A stretch of 64,000 nt of DNA from Candidatus Heimdallarchaeota archaeon (GCA_019057815.1 JAHLWR010000010.1:64001-128000); one strand, 5' to 3'. Shown: positions 20,371 through 31,359, numbered from the stretch's first letter. Notes: generated from the sequence alone by a model not told the origin. A program made the numbers and translations.

Positions 20371-21363
20371 ATGATGGATGAACAAGCTTTCAGAGAGTTT
20401 TGTTTTAAAAATAATATAAAGAAAGAAATCATTGAAGCAAATTTAATTTTCCTTAGGGAATTTGAGCACTACATCGAAAAAGAATTAGAAAAAAGTGATC
20501 TTAAAAAAGTAAGTGTTGACGATTTATCAAGTTTCATTGAATACATGATAAACTCTAGCAAAAACATTTGGGATAACTTTCTCGCTTTAATTCGCTATTC
20601 TTTTCTTACTAAGAGAGAAGATTTGAAAGTCTTACTTTATGAAATAATTGATGGTTCAGACGTTATGAAGAATTTAGTTGAAGAGCTGAAGGGAGAAGTC
20701 GATGAAGAAACCTTAACAACTATAATTGAAGGAATAGTTTTTCCTCCTTTAGGTTCAAGCTCGAATATCAAAACCAAAGTCACCAAGGAAATAGTTGATG
20801 GGTTGGAAGATAATCTAGAAGAAAAACAATGCAAAAAAATCTTATCTAGTGGTTTACATAGATTAAGTCCAGATACTTTACGGGGGTTAAGAGTAAAATT
20901 TCTAGCTGCTGATAATCTTGATGATTTTCTTACTAAAAAGCGCCAACAGCTCTTAGAGAATTTGGAGAACCTCTTCAAAGAAGGAACCAAGTTCTTCACT
21001 CAAGATGTTGATGAGCATGTAATTGAATATGTTAAAAATGAACCCACTATTGAAAGTGGTGTTAGACATGGTGACAAAGTTATCATTACTAAAATCCCTT
21101 ACATGACAATTAATTACTTAAATGAACAAGATGAACAATTGAAAAGATACTATTATTGTCATTGTCCTTGGGTGAGGGAAGCTCTTAAAACCGGAGATAT
21201 AGAAATCTCACCTATGTTCTGTTATTGCAGTGCAGGATATTACAAACAGCAATGGGACGCGATACTAGATCAATCAGTTAATGTTGAAGTTTTGGAGACC
21301 ATTCTCAATGGAGATAATAAATGTAAATTTGCTGTTCATCTACCAAAGAAATTTGTTCCATGA
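20371..21363 (+). CDS. Conserved hypothetical protein with Cys-rich C-terminal domain
   Basis: CHCPW, FCYCSAGY and ETIL.GD..CKF motifs (V4R/DUF6144-like, tentative). Confidence 0.7.
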   Translation: MMDEQAFREFCFKNNIKKEIIEANLIFLREFEHYIEKELEKSDLKKVSVDDLSSFIEYMINSSKNIWDNFLALIRYSFLTKREDLKVLLYEIIDGSDVMKNLVEELKGEVDEETLTTIIEGIVFPPLGSSSNIKTKVTKEIVDGLEDNLEEKQCKKILSSGLHRLSPDTLRGLRVKFLAADNLDDFLTKKRQQLLENLENLFKEGTKFFTQDVDEHVIEYVKNEPTIESGVRHGDKVIITKIPYMTINYLNEQDEQLKRYYYCHCPWVREALKTGDIEISPMFCYCSAGYYKQQWDAILDQSVNVEVLETILNGDNKCKFAVHLPKKFVP

Positions 21364-21399
21364 GAAAATTTGTTTGTTCGGTACAGGTTCAAAGAAATG

Positions 21400-21740
21400 C
21401 TTGCAAATTAAATATGGATACTTACGATATACTTGATGACCAATTCCTAGATGCTGGGAGATCATGGATTAAACTTTGAGAAGGCAAAATTCAACCTGAT
21501 AAAATTGGTGTAGGTCAATATACAGGAGAGCCATGTACACACTATAAGCTCATTCAAGATTTTGCTAGCTTAAATAAAATCGAAGTTCTCGCTTGGGAAT
21601 CTTGGGGTATTTGTTCTGTTAACAAAAAACTCACAAAGGAAGAATATGAATTATCAGATCAACTCGCTAGAAATATAGCTAATTCTAGAGATTCAGAGAT
21701 ATTCTTTGAACCAAAAGATGATAGCATTACTTATGGCTAG
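21400..21740 (+). pseudogene. C-terminal remnant of a transglutaminase-like gene
   Basis: QFLDAGRSW..*..DFASLNKIEVLAWESWG resembles the D.AALNK.E.LPWD.WG motif; internal stop. Confidence 0.5.
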
Positions 21741-21771
21741 TTACAGTGCATTTGCAAAGATAAGAATGGAA

Positions 21772-22836
21772 TTAAACACTTTGAAAAATCTCTAACACTT
21801 TCTTAAATACAACAACCGCATTTTCAGGTGATGTGACATCTTTAATACTCATGACAAAAGTCCTCATTAGAAAAATTTCTGTGTTCATAAGCTTGAATTC
21901 ATAGCCGTAAGAACCATATTTTTTTCCTACAAACTTTTCATCTAAAAAAGATTGGACTTTTTCGAAATTGATATCTGGTTTATTTTCTGGCTTTACAATA
22001 AATCTCTCTCTTTCGCAGAGTGTCACCACTATTAGTTTCCCACAATGTTCTGAATAATATTCGTCACTGATTTCTTCCTCTACATCTTTTGCCTTTTCTG
22101 AACAAACTGTACAATCATTTCTCTGTTCAACGTTTATAATCTCTGTCTGATAGTCATTAAGATCCAAAAAAAGCAGTTTACCTTCCAAAAGAGGTTTTTC
22201 TCCAGTCAAAATTCTAATTGCTTCATTTACTTGAATACTAGCAACTTGGGCAAGTATTGAAGAACTTACACCAGCAGTTTCACAGGTAGGTAGACCTTCA
22301 TCGACTATTTGATCGAAAAAGCAATTAAAACACGGTGTGTTTTCTCTGAATGTTATAGTCATGACGTTTCCAGTTGTTCCTAAAGCTCCTCCAAAAACCC
22401 AGGGAATATTAAGTTGATAAGCTGTTTTATTGAGAATCTTCCTCGCTTGAAAGTTATCTAATCCATCAACTATTATTCTGCTTCCTTGTAAAATTCTTTC
22501 TGAATTAGAAGAATCAAAAAACTCTGTAAATGTTTCAATCTTAACAAATGGATTTCTTTCCTTTAAGAATTTCTTTGCTACCTCTACTTTTGCATCACCC
22601 ACATCTTTGATGAAGAAGAGCTTTTGCCTTGGAAGATTGTGATATTCAATTATATCTCTATCAACTAATCTAAGTTTTCCTATTCCTAAAGATAACAATT
22701 GCTCTGTTGATACAGTTCCTAATCCTCCCACACCGATAATTGTTACTAACTCTTCTTGAAGTGATTTTAATTTTTCATGTGTTATAAAAGGTAATGGTAA
22801 AACTCTAGAATAATAGGATGCTAAATCATCAGTCAT
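21772..22836 (-). CDS. ThiF/MoeB/HesA-family E1-like adenylyltransferase
   Basis: YSR, IIGVGGLG, DRD..NLPRQ, DGLDNF, PCFNC, TCETAGV, CTVC. Confidence 0.9.
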   Translation of the reverse strand: MTDDLASYYSRVLPLPFITHEKLKSLQEELVTIIGVGGLGTVSTEQLLSLGIGKLRLVDRDIIEYHNLPRQKLFFIKDVGDAKVEVAKKFLKERNPFVKIETFTEFFDSSNSERILQGSRIIVDGLDNFQARKILNKTAYQLNIPWVFGGALGTTGNVMTITFRENTPCFNCFFDQIVDEGLPTCETAGVSSSILAQVASIQVNEAIRILTGEKPLLEGKLLFLDLNDYQTEIINVEQRNDCTVCSEKAKDVEEEISDEYYSEHCGKLIVVTLCERERFIVKPENKPDINFEKVQSFLDEKFVGKKYGSYGYEFKLMNTEIFLMRTFVMSIKDVTSPENAVVVFKKVLEIFQSV

Positions 22837-22920
22837 TATACTAACATGAAGTCTTTCTCTTTTTATTGTTTCTTATTAAATGTATTCTTGCATAGATATT
22901 GTTAAAGATAGATTGTTACA

Positions 22921-23024
22921 CACGTTATGAAACTTGGTTAAACTTGCCAGAGGTTTTCTAATCGTCGTTTGAAGGGAGTTTCAACCTTGACCCCTCTCGT
23001 GCGTTGAGGGGTAGTCATGAAGAC
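22921..23024. repeat. ~105-bp intergenic hairpin repeat, copy 1
   Basis: cacgttatgaaacttggttaaactt...tgacccctctcgtgcgttgaggggtagtcatgaa; homologous to 29594-29699. Confidence 0.85.
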
Positions 23025-23092
23025 TTTTCCGTTATAGTTAGTACGTCATCATCATAGTAGAAATTATCAAACAAAAAAAGATAGAAGATGTT

Positions 23093-23557
23093 CTAGTTTA
23101 GTTGATTACCACAATTTATACAAAATCTCATCTCTACATTAACCTTCATACCACAGTAATCACAAAACTGAGCTGTACTAACTACGCTTTGAACAGGTCT
23201 CTGTTCTTGAACAACTTCCTTCTCTAGGTTTTTCCAGAAGGGATTCTCTGTGGGTCTGTAGGTTTTATTTTTTCTGTTCTGATAGTGTTGAGCTCTTCTG
23301 TACCTTGCTCTCCTTCTTGCTGAAGAAACAATAGCTGCAACTAATAGAAACACCAATATTGTACCTATAGTTGAAAAAGGCCAATAGATAAATCTAAGGT
23401 ATCCAGTAAAGAACCCTAAGAATACCACTATTCCAAATATTAACAGTAAAAAAGCTGCCAATCCACCAAAACGATTTCTGTGTCTATAATTATTTCTGTG
23501 CATCTCTAAGTAAACTTGTACATAGAAGTTTATAAACCAAATCAAATGATTATGCAA
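23093..23557 (-). CDS. Two-TM membrane protein with C-terminal zinc ribbon
   Basis: Two hydrophobic helices; CDYC...CINC. The true start is probably MHRNN. Confidence 0.75.
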   Translation of the reverse strand: MHNHLIWFINFYVQVYLEMHRNNYRHRNRFGGLAAFLLLIFGIVVFLGFFTGYLRFIYWPFSTIGTILVFLLVAAIVSSARRRARYRRAQHYQNRKNKTYRPTENPFWKNLEKEVVQEQRPVQSVVSTAQFCDYCGMKVNVEMRFCINCGNQLN

Positions 23558-23727
23558 GATCCTTCAGAGACAGGTGTTTTTTATGACTTCTTCTCTACTG
23601 AAACAAAGGGAATTCTGATATGTTTGGTTAAATCTTTCCTGGATCTATTAGATGACTTAACTTCAACAGATTTTTTACAAACGCTTTTAATATAAGATTC
23701 TCAAACCAAGTTTGAAGGTTAAAAAAG

Positions 23728-24765
23728 ATGGATTATCAAATCATTGAATTTGAACCTAAAGAAGCTCCTGAAGATTTCTGGGATGGTTATTTCCAATTTA
23801 CTGAAGCTAATTTCAAATATCACAATCCTAATGATCCTCTTCCTAGTAGAGAAGCTACCATTCAACGTCAAAAAGCTGACATACCCGATTTTCACGTGAA
23901 GCGTTGGCTTGTTATTACTCCTGAAGGTAAAATCATTGCTTGGGCGGGTTTTGGAGCAGTAAAAGAATCTTCTTCAGACTATGAGGAAAACAAACATTTA
24001 GCTTCTATAAATATCATTGTTTTACACGATTATCAACGTAAAGGAATAGGTACAGAATTACTCAAAGTTCTATTTAAGGAAACACAATCCCTTGGTAGAA
24101 CAGTTATAGAAACTGGTTCTAATAATGATTTTGGCAAAGCTTTCTTGAAGCATTTTGGAGCTCAATTAACTATTGAAGGATCAGAGAATCGTTTGAATCT
24201 CGAAGAAGTCGATTGGGAATTGATGCAATCTTGGGTTGATGAAGGTCCAAAAAGAGCTAAAGATGTAACCCTAGAGTCTTTTTCTGTTTGTCCTGAAGAG
24301 TTCTTAGAAGAATATGCTGAGATGTATACTGAAGCTTTGAATATGCAACCTCTTGGAGAAAGTGAACATAGAGCTAATATTGATGGTAAAGCTCGTCGTC
24401 AAACAGAAAAAAGAACTAAAGAAATAGGACAAATCAATTACACTCTCATCTCTAGAGAGAAAAATGGAAGAATTTCTGGAATGACAGAGATTTATTACGA
24501 CCCCAGAGATGCACATGTTATACACCAAGAACTCACAGGCGTTCGTCCTGAATTCAGGGGGAAAGGGCTAGGGAAGTGGTTAAAGGCAAAAATGATCCTT
24601 TATATAAGAGAGACTTATCCTGAAGCGCAACGAGTATTAACTGGCAATGCGGAAACAAATGCACCAATGCTTTCAATTAACGAACGAATGGGTTTCAAAA
24701 AACACAAAGGTGGAGAAGGTTACAAGTTTCAAGTGGAAGAATTGGCTAAGAAATTGGAAATCTAA
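23728..24765 (+). CDS. Tandem GNAT acetyltransferase
   Basis: YQRKGIG and TGVRPEFRGKGLG..LKA; TGNAETNAPMLSINERMGF. Confidence 0.9.
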   Translation: MDYQIIEFEPKEAPEDFWDGYFQFTEANFKYHNPNDPLPSREATIQRQKADIPDFHVKRWLVITPEGKIIAWAGFGAVKESSSDYEENKHLASINIIVLHDYQRKGIGTELLKVLFKETQSLGRTVIETGSNNDFGKAFLKHFGAQLTIEGSENRLNLEEVDWELMQSWVDEGPKRAKDVTLESFSVCPEEFLEEYAEMYTEALNMQPLGESEHRANIDGKARRQTEKRTKEIGQINYTLISREKNGRISGMTEIYYDPRDAHVIHQELTGVRPEFRGKGLGKWLKAKMILYIRETYPEAQRVLTGNAETNAPMLSINERMGFKKHKGGEGYKFQVEELAKKLEI

Positions 24766-24894
24766 TACTTTTTGATTTTCACTGCATGCGATTGAATTTT
24801 CGCTATATCAATCAAAAAAGTATACGACGAGATTAATTGACCTATTGAGATCTGTTAAAATACAACATTTGGAGTGAATAAAAGAGTTGCTCCT

Positions 24895-25440
24895 TCAGAA
24901 GAGATGAGAAAAATCCTTTTCTCCTGCTTTTATTTCTATATTTAACCAGTTTTCTGGTGGAATAAAAGGACAGACATAATTTTCACTATATGCACAAAAA
25001 GGATTATATGCTTGATTAAAATCTACAATCCACTTCCCTTCCATTTCATTTATTCCGCTTAAATCTATGTATCTTCCCGCTCCATATGTTTCTTTCCCAT
25101 TCGTTTGATCTTTGAATGGAAGCCACAAGCTTTCCTCACTTTTTTCTCTTTTATATGCTTGTAATGTCACCATGTCACCATTTATTTCAAATTGAAATGC
25201 TCCCCATCTGAGATATTTTTGATCTTGTCCTTTATTGTCACCTATAGTTATTATTTCCTTTTTCTCATGTTCTTGCAATTCAGCGGTAAATATCATTGAA
25301 GAATCAATCGGATAATAATTTAGACCTTTGAACCTATCCCTTTTATCGAATGGAATGGGGGAGTGTGGATGGTGCTTGAAAAAACTATCTTTTTCTTTTC
25401 TTTGCTGTGCTAAATTTTTTTCATAACCTTTTTTGTCCAT
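24895..25440 (-). CDS. DUF1684 family protein
   Basis: PFKDQTNGKETYGAGRYID, DFNQAYNPFCAY, CP..PPENWL..AGEK. Confidence 0.92.
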   Translation of the reverse strand: MDKKGYEKNLAQQRKEKDSFFKHHPHSPIPFDKRDRFKGLNYYPIDSSMIFTAELQEHEKKEIITIGDNKGQDQKYLRWGAFQFEINGDMVTLQAYKREKSEESLWLPFKDQTNGKETYGAGRYIDLSGINEMEGKWIVDFNQAYNPFCAYSENYVCPFIPPENWLNIEIKAGEKDFSHLF

Positions 25441-25657
25441 TTAAATAACCTTGGTACCAATTAACCATTTAGTCTCATTTTTATCATGTTCTTAAAACCT
25501 TTCATTGACTGAAAGTAGACAGGAATGTTTTCAAAGATGTTTAAAATAGATTTAGACAAATTCTCTTCCTACAAAGTTTCAAATTTCAGAGTATACTAAT
25601 GTTTTATCGACAATATTATCTTTGTAATTCTATTTTCAATTAATTGTAATACACTTT

Positions 25658-26428
25658 TCACAGTTTGTTTTTCAACAATTCATTTATTCTCCCGTTAGGA
25701 AGCATATAATCTGAATGATACTCTCCTTTTTCTTCCATTTGATAACGTTTACAGCTTTCCCAATCTCCTTTGCAATACTTCGCTATCCACTTTTCTTCTA
25801 GTAATCCTTTCTCGTAGAATCTTTTTAATGGGCATGTAAGAAACCATTTACAATCTGTTATTACTACTTGTAATTTCTTATAATCTTTGATCATTTTTTC
25901 TCTTAACGAATCATTGTGAAGAATAGAAGCTGGATGTCCTAGAGGGAGAATCTTTTTGTTTGCTACTATAAATAATTTTCCAAAAATTTCTGAGATTCCT
26001 TTTCTAGATTGTGGAAATGGTATTGAGTATTCCTTAAAAATATATTTTGTTGAATAATAACCTAGAGTAGAAATTATACTTGGATTAATAATTCTTATCT
26101 CTTCGTCTAAATAGCTACTACAGGCTTCAATCTCTTCTTGCTTAGGTTTTCTATTTCTTGGTAACATGCATTTAACGAGATTTGTCATATAGATTTCTTC
26201 TCTTGTGATTTTAGTATGTTTTAGTAGTTCTTCTAACACTTCTCCTGAAGGACCAATAAACATTGTTCCTTCTTTATCTTCCTTTTCACCTGGAGCTTGA
26301 GCAATGAGCATTAATTTGGAATTATTATCTCCCATCCCACACACCACTTTTGTTCTACTTTTCCAGAGACTACATTTTTTGCAATTCATTATTTCTTTGT
26401 TTAATTCTTGTATTTCCTTTATCATCAA
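25658..26428 (-). CDS. udg: Family-4 uracil-DNA glycosylase with extra C-terminal Cys-rich domain
   Basis: C..C.L...R, AQAPG..ED..G..FIGPSG, TNLVKC, HPA. Appended CKWFLTCP...YC...C.RY...MLPNG domain. Confidence 0.9.
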   Translation of the reverse strand: MMIKEIQELNKEIMNCKKCSLWKSRTKVVCGMGDNNSKLMLIAQAPGEKEDKEGTMFIGPSGEVLEELLKHTKITREEIYMTNLVKCMLPRNRKPKQEEIEACSSYLDEEIRIINPSIISTLGYYSTKYIFKEYSIPFPQSRKGISEIFGKLFIVANKKILPLGHPASILHNDSLREKMIKDYKKLQVVITDCKWFLTCPLKRFYEKGLLEEKWIAKYCKGDWESCKRYQMEEKGEYHSDYMLPNGRINELLKNKL

Positions 26429-26614
26429 ACTACAATCTCTTTTTCTATCTCGTTAGATATTCTTCTATTACCAACTAGAACTAGTCTCTCTCAAAAATAT
26501 TTCCCACATAGTTTATTCAAAAGCACTTACCCTTCCTAAAGCAATTTGACTTCTGCTATCTTCAGTTAATTTTTAGGATATCTTTTTAATTTCTTACTAT
26601 TTCTAGACACACCC

Positions 26615-27109
26615 ATGAAATCTCTGGATACTTCCATTATTGAAGCTCTTGATCATCCTTCTACATTGAAGCTCTTTCTTTTTGCTAGATCAATGTATCC
26701 TGAAGATTTTGGTGTCCGTGAAGCAAAACGTAAACTAGAATTTAATAGCCCTAGCACAGTTTTATGGCATTTAGATAAATTGACAGAAGCTAATTTGATT
26801 GAGAAGCTCCCTACCAACCGATATAAACTTGTTAAAACGGGTTTAGATATTAAAGAAATTAACGTTCCTATCAAATTTTCAGCTCAAATAATCAAGGGAG
26901 AACTCATTCCAAGAAGGATATTCCTGATCTCGCTTCTCTTAACTGCATTTATTGTTACATTTGTTTTTATTTTTATAAATCCACTAGTTGCTTCAATTAA
27001 TGGAGCAGTTTTTTTAGGTTTAAGCTGTATTTTATATGTTCTAAACTTCTTATCTATTAAAAAGCAACTTTCTTTTTATAGCTGGGAAAAGGATGAAAAT
27101 CAGAAATGA
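26615..27109 (+). CDS. Winged-HTH protein with two C-terminal TM helices
   Basis: GVRE.KR.L..NSPSTV..HLDKL...LIEK; hydrophobic C-terminus. Confidence 0.75.
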   Translation: MKSLDTSIIEALDHPSTLKLFLFARSMYPEDFGVREAKRKLEFNSPSTVLWHLDKLTEANLIEKLPTNRYKLVKTGLDIKEINVPIKFSAQIIKGELIPRRIFLISLLLTAFIVTFVFIFINPLVASINGAVFLGLSCILYVLNFLSIKKQLSFYSWEKDENQK

Positions 27110-27234
27110 TTGGAGAACTTTTTTTCCCTGTTCTAGTACTCAAACACATCCTCTAAGAGTGCTATCAAATGCTGTTAGAGTTGTTCGAGTTCTAGATTTA
27201 TAATAGGCTTATTCTATAATTATATTGGTAAATT

Positions 27235-29466
27235 ATGAATATCTTAAAACCTAAGAGACCTGTTCTTACAGGAATTATTTCCGCTTTAATGATTAGTTCG
27301 CTGGTTATAGGTGGGTTCTATCTTTCCCCCTATATTTACTCAATTTTCAATCCTTATGATTTTCGAGATGAGGTACAACTTCCAGAAAATATCAAGAACT
27401 CTTTCAGTACCTATGAATTACAATACTATAATTATACACCCTCAATAATACCAACTCCTATAGCTTCTGTTTTAACAAATGTAGATCTTCAAGGATTAGA
27501 GGATGAAATAGATGAGACTATGATCCAACAACTAGAAAAATATGGTTTTACTATTGTAGACGGGGGAATAGAAGACATATACTATCCTATGGATTATGAC
27601 TTCAATTTAGAAACTCCCATGTATGTTTCAACAGATTTATGCCTTCATACATTACATTCAATTTTCGATAATTGTTTAAGAGCTATGGAGCTAAATTATT
27701 TCTATGGTAATTTTAGCTTAATGGCTGAAGCTCTCAGAAATGATCAAATCGATTTGTACACAATTAATTTCGATACAAATATCAAAGAATCTCTAAAATA
27801 TAACATCGCATACCTTACTGTTTTAATGTATATGTTGGATAATTCTACTTCTATTCCTTCATATGTCTATTCTCTTGTTTCTGAGGAATTAGAAAATATT
27901 GAGCAAGGTGAAAGAGCTTTCTCTCCGATTTTCGAATACGAGGAAGATTTTTCCCAATATAAAGTTAGAGGTCACTATACACGAAATGATGCTTTTAAGC
28001 GCTATTTCAAAGCTATGATGTATGCAGGAAGAATGGGTTTCATGGTGTCTGATCAAACAACAAATAATACTTTAGGTATCAAACAAACAAGAATGGCTTT
28101 ATCACTTGTTTATTCGTTCTCTATCGATATTGATGACAAAACAGTTTGGGATCATTGGGATAGTATTTGTAGAACCACTAATTTCCTTGTTGGAGGAAGC
28201 GATGATCTTACCCCTAGTGATTATTTTTCAGTTTGGGAGCAACAAGGCAATCTTGAATTTTCGGAATTGATTGATGATGCTTTTATTGATGAAATAATCG
28301 ATTCACTTAAGGAACTGAGAACGTCAAAAATTAATTCCCGTTATGTTGCATCATTTGAAGGTCAAGAGAATGCAACTAAGGGATTTAGACTTTTTGGGCA
28401 AAGCTATACACCTGATGCTTATATCTTTCAAGAGCTAGTCTTTGATAATTTAGCTAACCGTTTATTCCCTAAAGCTTTAGATATTTTCTCAGTTTTTGGA
28501 AGTGAGAGAGCAGAATATCATCTTGCATCTGAAAAGGAGTTTGAAGGATATGAAGAGAAAATTGTTGAACTAAGAAACGAGTTCTCCAATTTATCAGTTT
28601 CTTACTGGACTCAAAATGTTTATTGGCAATGGTTGTTTTCGTTACTACCTTTATTAGAAGTTAAAGAAGAGGGTTATCCTGGATACATGCAATCTGATGC
28701 TTGGACTGACAAATCTCTGATGACTTCTTTAGCAAGTTGGGTAGAATTGAAACATGATACTATTCTTTATTCAAAGCAAGCTGTCTGTGCAAGTGGAATG
28801 AGCGACCTAATATATCACTATGTTGAACCTTACCCTCAAGTTTATTCTAGAATTTCAGCTACTGCAAAGATGTTAAAAGAAGGATTGCAAGCAAGAGGAG
28901 TACTGTACGAAGGAAATTCTGAAAGTAACTATGAACAAATACGCAGTAATTTTACTAGGAAATTTGATGAAATGATAAATATATTCGACACATTAGCGGA
29001 AATAAGCATAAAAGAGCTGGAAAACAAGGAATTAACATCTCAAGAGCTTAAATTTATTCATCATGTTGGTAAAGATTTATTGTATATTTCGTTAATTACA
29101 ACTGCTAATGGTGATGATTTTACTAGTGAAGCTGATAAACGAACTGCTCTAATAGCTGATGTATTTACAGATCCTAATACAAATCAAGTACTGGAAGTAG
29201 CAGTGGGAAATCCATTTTTGATCTATGTTATTGTACAAGATCATGCAGGACAATTGTATCTTACTAGGGGAGTAACTCTTTCTTACTACGAATTCAAGCA
29301 ACCCTATAATGAACGCTTAACAGACGAAGAATGGCAATTTATGCTAGATTCATCTCCACCTGATTTTCCTGAGTGGATATCAGAGAATATTCCTTTAAAC
29401 ACAATTAAGGGAATATCTCCGATAAAAGTATTTGCTATATATGTTAATCGAACCAGAATGGAGTAA
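27235..29466 (+). CDS. DUF3160 family secreted protein
   Basis: EDFSQYKVRGHYT, YFKAMMYAGR, LASWVELKHDTILYSKQ, YVEPYP, SYYEF...RLTDEEW. Confidence 0.92.
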   Translation: MNILKPKRPVLTGIISALMISSLVIGGFYLSPYIYSIFNPYDFRDEVQLPENIKNSFSTYELQYYNYTPSIIPTPIASVLTNVDLQGLEDEIDETMIQQLEKYGFTIVDGGIEDIYYPMDYDFNLETPMYVSTDLCLHTLHSIFDNCLRAMELNYFYGNFSLMAEALRNDQIDLYTINFDTNIKESLKYNIAYLTVLMYMLDNSTSIPSYVYSLVSEELENIEQGERAFSPIFEYEEDFSQYKVRGHYTRNDAFKRYFKAMMYAGRMGFMVSDQTTNNTLGIKQTRMALSLVYSFSIDIDDKTVWDHWDSICRTTNFLVGGSDDLTPSDYFSVWEQQGNLEFSELIDDAFIDEIIDSLKELRTSKINSRYVASFEGQENATKGFRLFGQSYTPDAYIFQELVFDNLANRLFPKALDIFSVFGSERAEYHLASEKEFEGYEEKIVELRNEFSNLSVSYWTQNVYWQWLFSLLPLLEVKEEGYPGYMQSDAWTDKSLMTSLASWVELKHDTILYSKQAVCASGMSDLIYHYVEPYPQVYSRISATAKMLKEGLQARGVLYEGNSESNYEQIRSNFTRKFDEMINIFDTLAEISIKELENKELTSQELKFIHHVGKDLLYISLITTANGDDFTSEADKRTALIADVFTDPNTNQVLEVAVGNPFLIYVIVQDHAGQLYLTRGVTLSYYEFKQPYNERLTDEEWQFMLDSSPPDFPEWISENIPLNTIKGISPIKVFAIYVNRTRME

Positions 29467-29593
29467 AATTTTCCTTTTTTTTTATTGTTAATACATTTTT
29501 CATCTCCCACATTATATTGAGGTACTTTAAGGATTTTTTCCATAATAACAAAAGTTTCTGAAACATTGATTTCGCAGCTCACTGCCAGTAACG

Positions 29594-29699
29594 CACGTTA
29601 TGAAACTTGGTTAAACTTACCATAGGTGATCTAACTGTCGTTTGGTAGGGGTTTCACCCTTGACCCCTCACGTGCGTTGAGGGGTGGTCATGAAAAGAC
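29594..29699. repeat. ~105-bp intergenic hairpin repeat, copy 2
   Basis: Homologous to 22921-23024; stem ACCCCTCA/TGAGGGGT. Confidence 0.85.
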
Positions 29700-29937
29700 A
29701 CGCATAATAAAACTAGAAAATGTAAAACTAATATACATTGATGATGTTCTTACGAACATATATTACTTAGGAAGGGAAAACACAAACTTGAGAACTTGGA
29801 TATACAAACGTTCTTGAGAAGTAGGAACAGCTACAGAATCGAGATTTCCTTCGATTTTTATCAAATTGGAAATAATCATCTATTGATGATGCAAATCTGA
29901 TATAAAAGTTTTTTAGGTATACAATTTTATATTTCAT

Positions 29938-31359
29938 ATGCCCTTTGATAATAACTCACGCAAAGGTTCTTCTAGCAAGACATCTGAATTATCCAAAAAA
30001 AAATTCTATAGTTCAGACATTGATGATGGACATGTTATGCTCTTCTATCTTCTTCGTACTCGCCATCATGCTTTGCAACATCTCTTTTTATTTGATTTAT
30101 GGCTATTTGGTTTAAAGGATTCACAATTTTTTAAACATTATTCGATTAAAGAGTTACGTAGGCAGTTAGACGCAGATTTTCCTTTTATTAAACCTATTTC
30201 TCAAAAACAATGGATCCAACGATTTAGTCAGGGTATTGCCATTTCTAGAGCTCTAAACATATCTTTTCCTCCTGAAGTTGACCTGCTTCTCAAGCGTTTT
30301 AATATTCCATCGAAAACTGATCCTAATAAGCTTTTCAAATGTTTTTCTTGTAATGAGGTTTTTCTTTCAAAGAAACAACATCAAACTATCCTCTCTATTT
30401 CTCATAATTCCTTATCAAGCAACCTTTCTATTGTTGAACGTCCTTATATGATGTGCAAGGATTGTTCTTCAAGAATTTCTTCAGATACTGCTAAATCTCT
30501 CACTACAAATCCTTACATCCTAATTCAAAATTGGAAACTTCCCCGCTTATCTGATAAAAAACTTGCAGAAATAAGTGTGGAAATTATAAGTAGAGATGAA
30601 GAAAACATTACTAATGGTCTAAGCTTTGATAAATTCTTGGAACAAAAAGAGAAAGAATATACAGCACTTATCGATGAGTTCCATGATTATCTTACAAAGA
30701 ATAAAATTAAAACTAAGGCTTGTAGAGATGACTATTGCTGGTTATGTCACACCTTTCTAATGATGGCAGCAGAACGTTACAAACTTCCTTTAGAACTTTT
30801 ACATGAAGAAGCCATTAGTGAGATTCTCTTTGAAACCTTTCTGAGAAAAATTTCAGCACCTCAAAAAACTAGAGAGAGATTATTAGATGCATTATTACAT
30901 CTTTCTGATTTTCTTCTAACGAAGAATATTCTTGATGTTGAGATTCTCAATTTCATTAAGTCTCTTAAGAAAGATAAAAAACTATTTATTCAACAGGTAC
31001 GAAGCAATAAAGGCGGAGAATTTTTCTGGGAAACAGATCCGGAGTGGATAAATAATTATGTTGAATGGGCTACAAATAAAAATTTGTTGACTTTCGCATA
31101 TCAAATTAATAATGAACCTAAAGAAGAATTTATAGGTTTCTTAGAAAAAGCTTTAGAGTATATAATGCTTAGAGAATTCACTCAAAAAAGACGAGAATTG
31201 CTTAAAAAAGGAATTACTGATAAATATGAATTAAGATCGGCGTTATTACAATTCCAAAAAGAGTGGATGGAGTCACCAAAAGAGTTGTTTAATGGTTATT
31301 CGTCTATTGATCTAATTCTATTGGAAAGAAAAGAGAGAAAAAAAAAGGAGTATAATTAA
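29938..31359 (+). CDS. Hypothetical protein with CxxC...CxxC motif
   Basis: 473-aa ORF; CFSC and CKDC. Confidence 0.65.
   Translation: MPFDNNSRKGSSSKTSELSKKKFYSSDIDDGHVMLFYLLRTRHHALQHLFLFDLWLFGLKDSQFFKHYSIKELRRQLDADFPFIKPISQKQWIQRFSQGIAISRALNISFPPEVDLLLKRFNIPSKTDPNKLFKCFSCNEVFLSKKQHQTILSISHNSLSSNLSIVERPYMMCKDCSSRISSDTAKSLTTNPYILIQNWKLPRLSDKKLAEISVEIISRDEENITNGLSFDKFLEQKEKEYTALIDEFHDYLTKNKIKTKACRDDYCWLCHTFLMMAAERYKLPLELLHEEAISEILFETFLRKISAPQKTRERLLDALLHLSDFLLTKNILDVEILNFIKSLKKDKKLFIQQVRSNKGGEFFWETDPEWINNYVEWATNKNLLTFAYQINNEPKEEFIGFLEKALEYIMLREFTQKRRELLKKGITDKYELRSALLQFQKEWMESPKELFNGYSSIDLILLERKERKKKEYN

Noticed and set aside
21772-22836. Second E1-like gene as part of the UFM system
   Set aside because: It has MoeB/ThiF signatures (NLPRQ, TCETAGV), not UBA5 ones, and lies 30 kb away with no modifier or E2 next to it.
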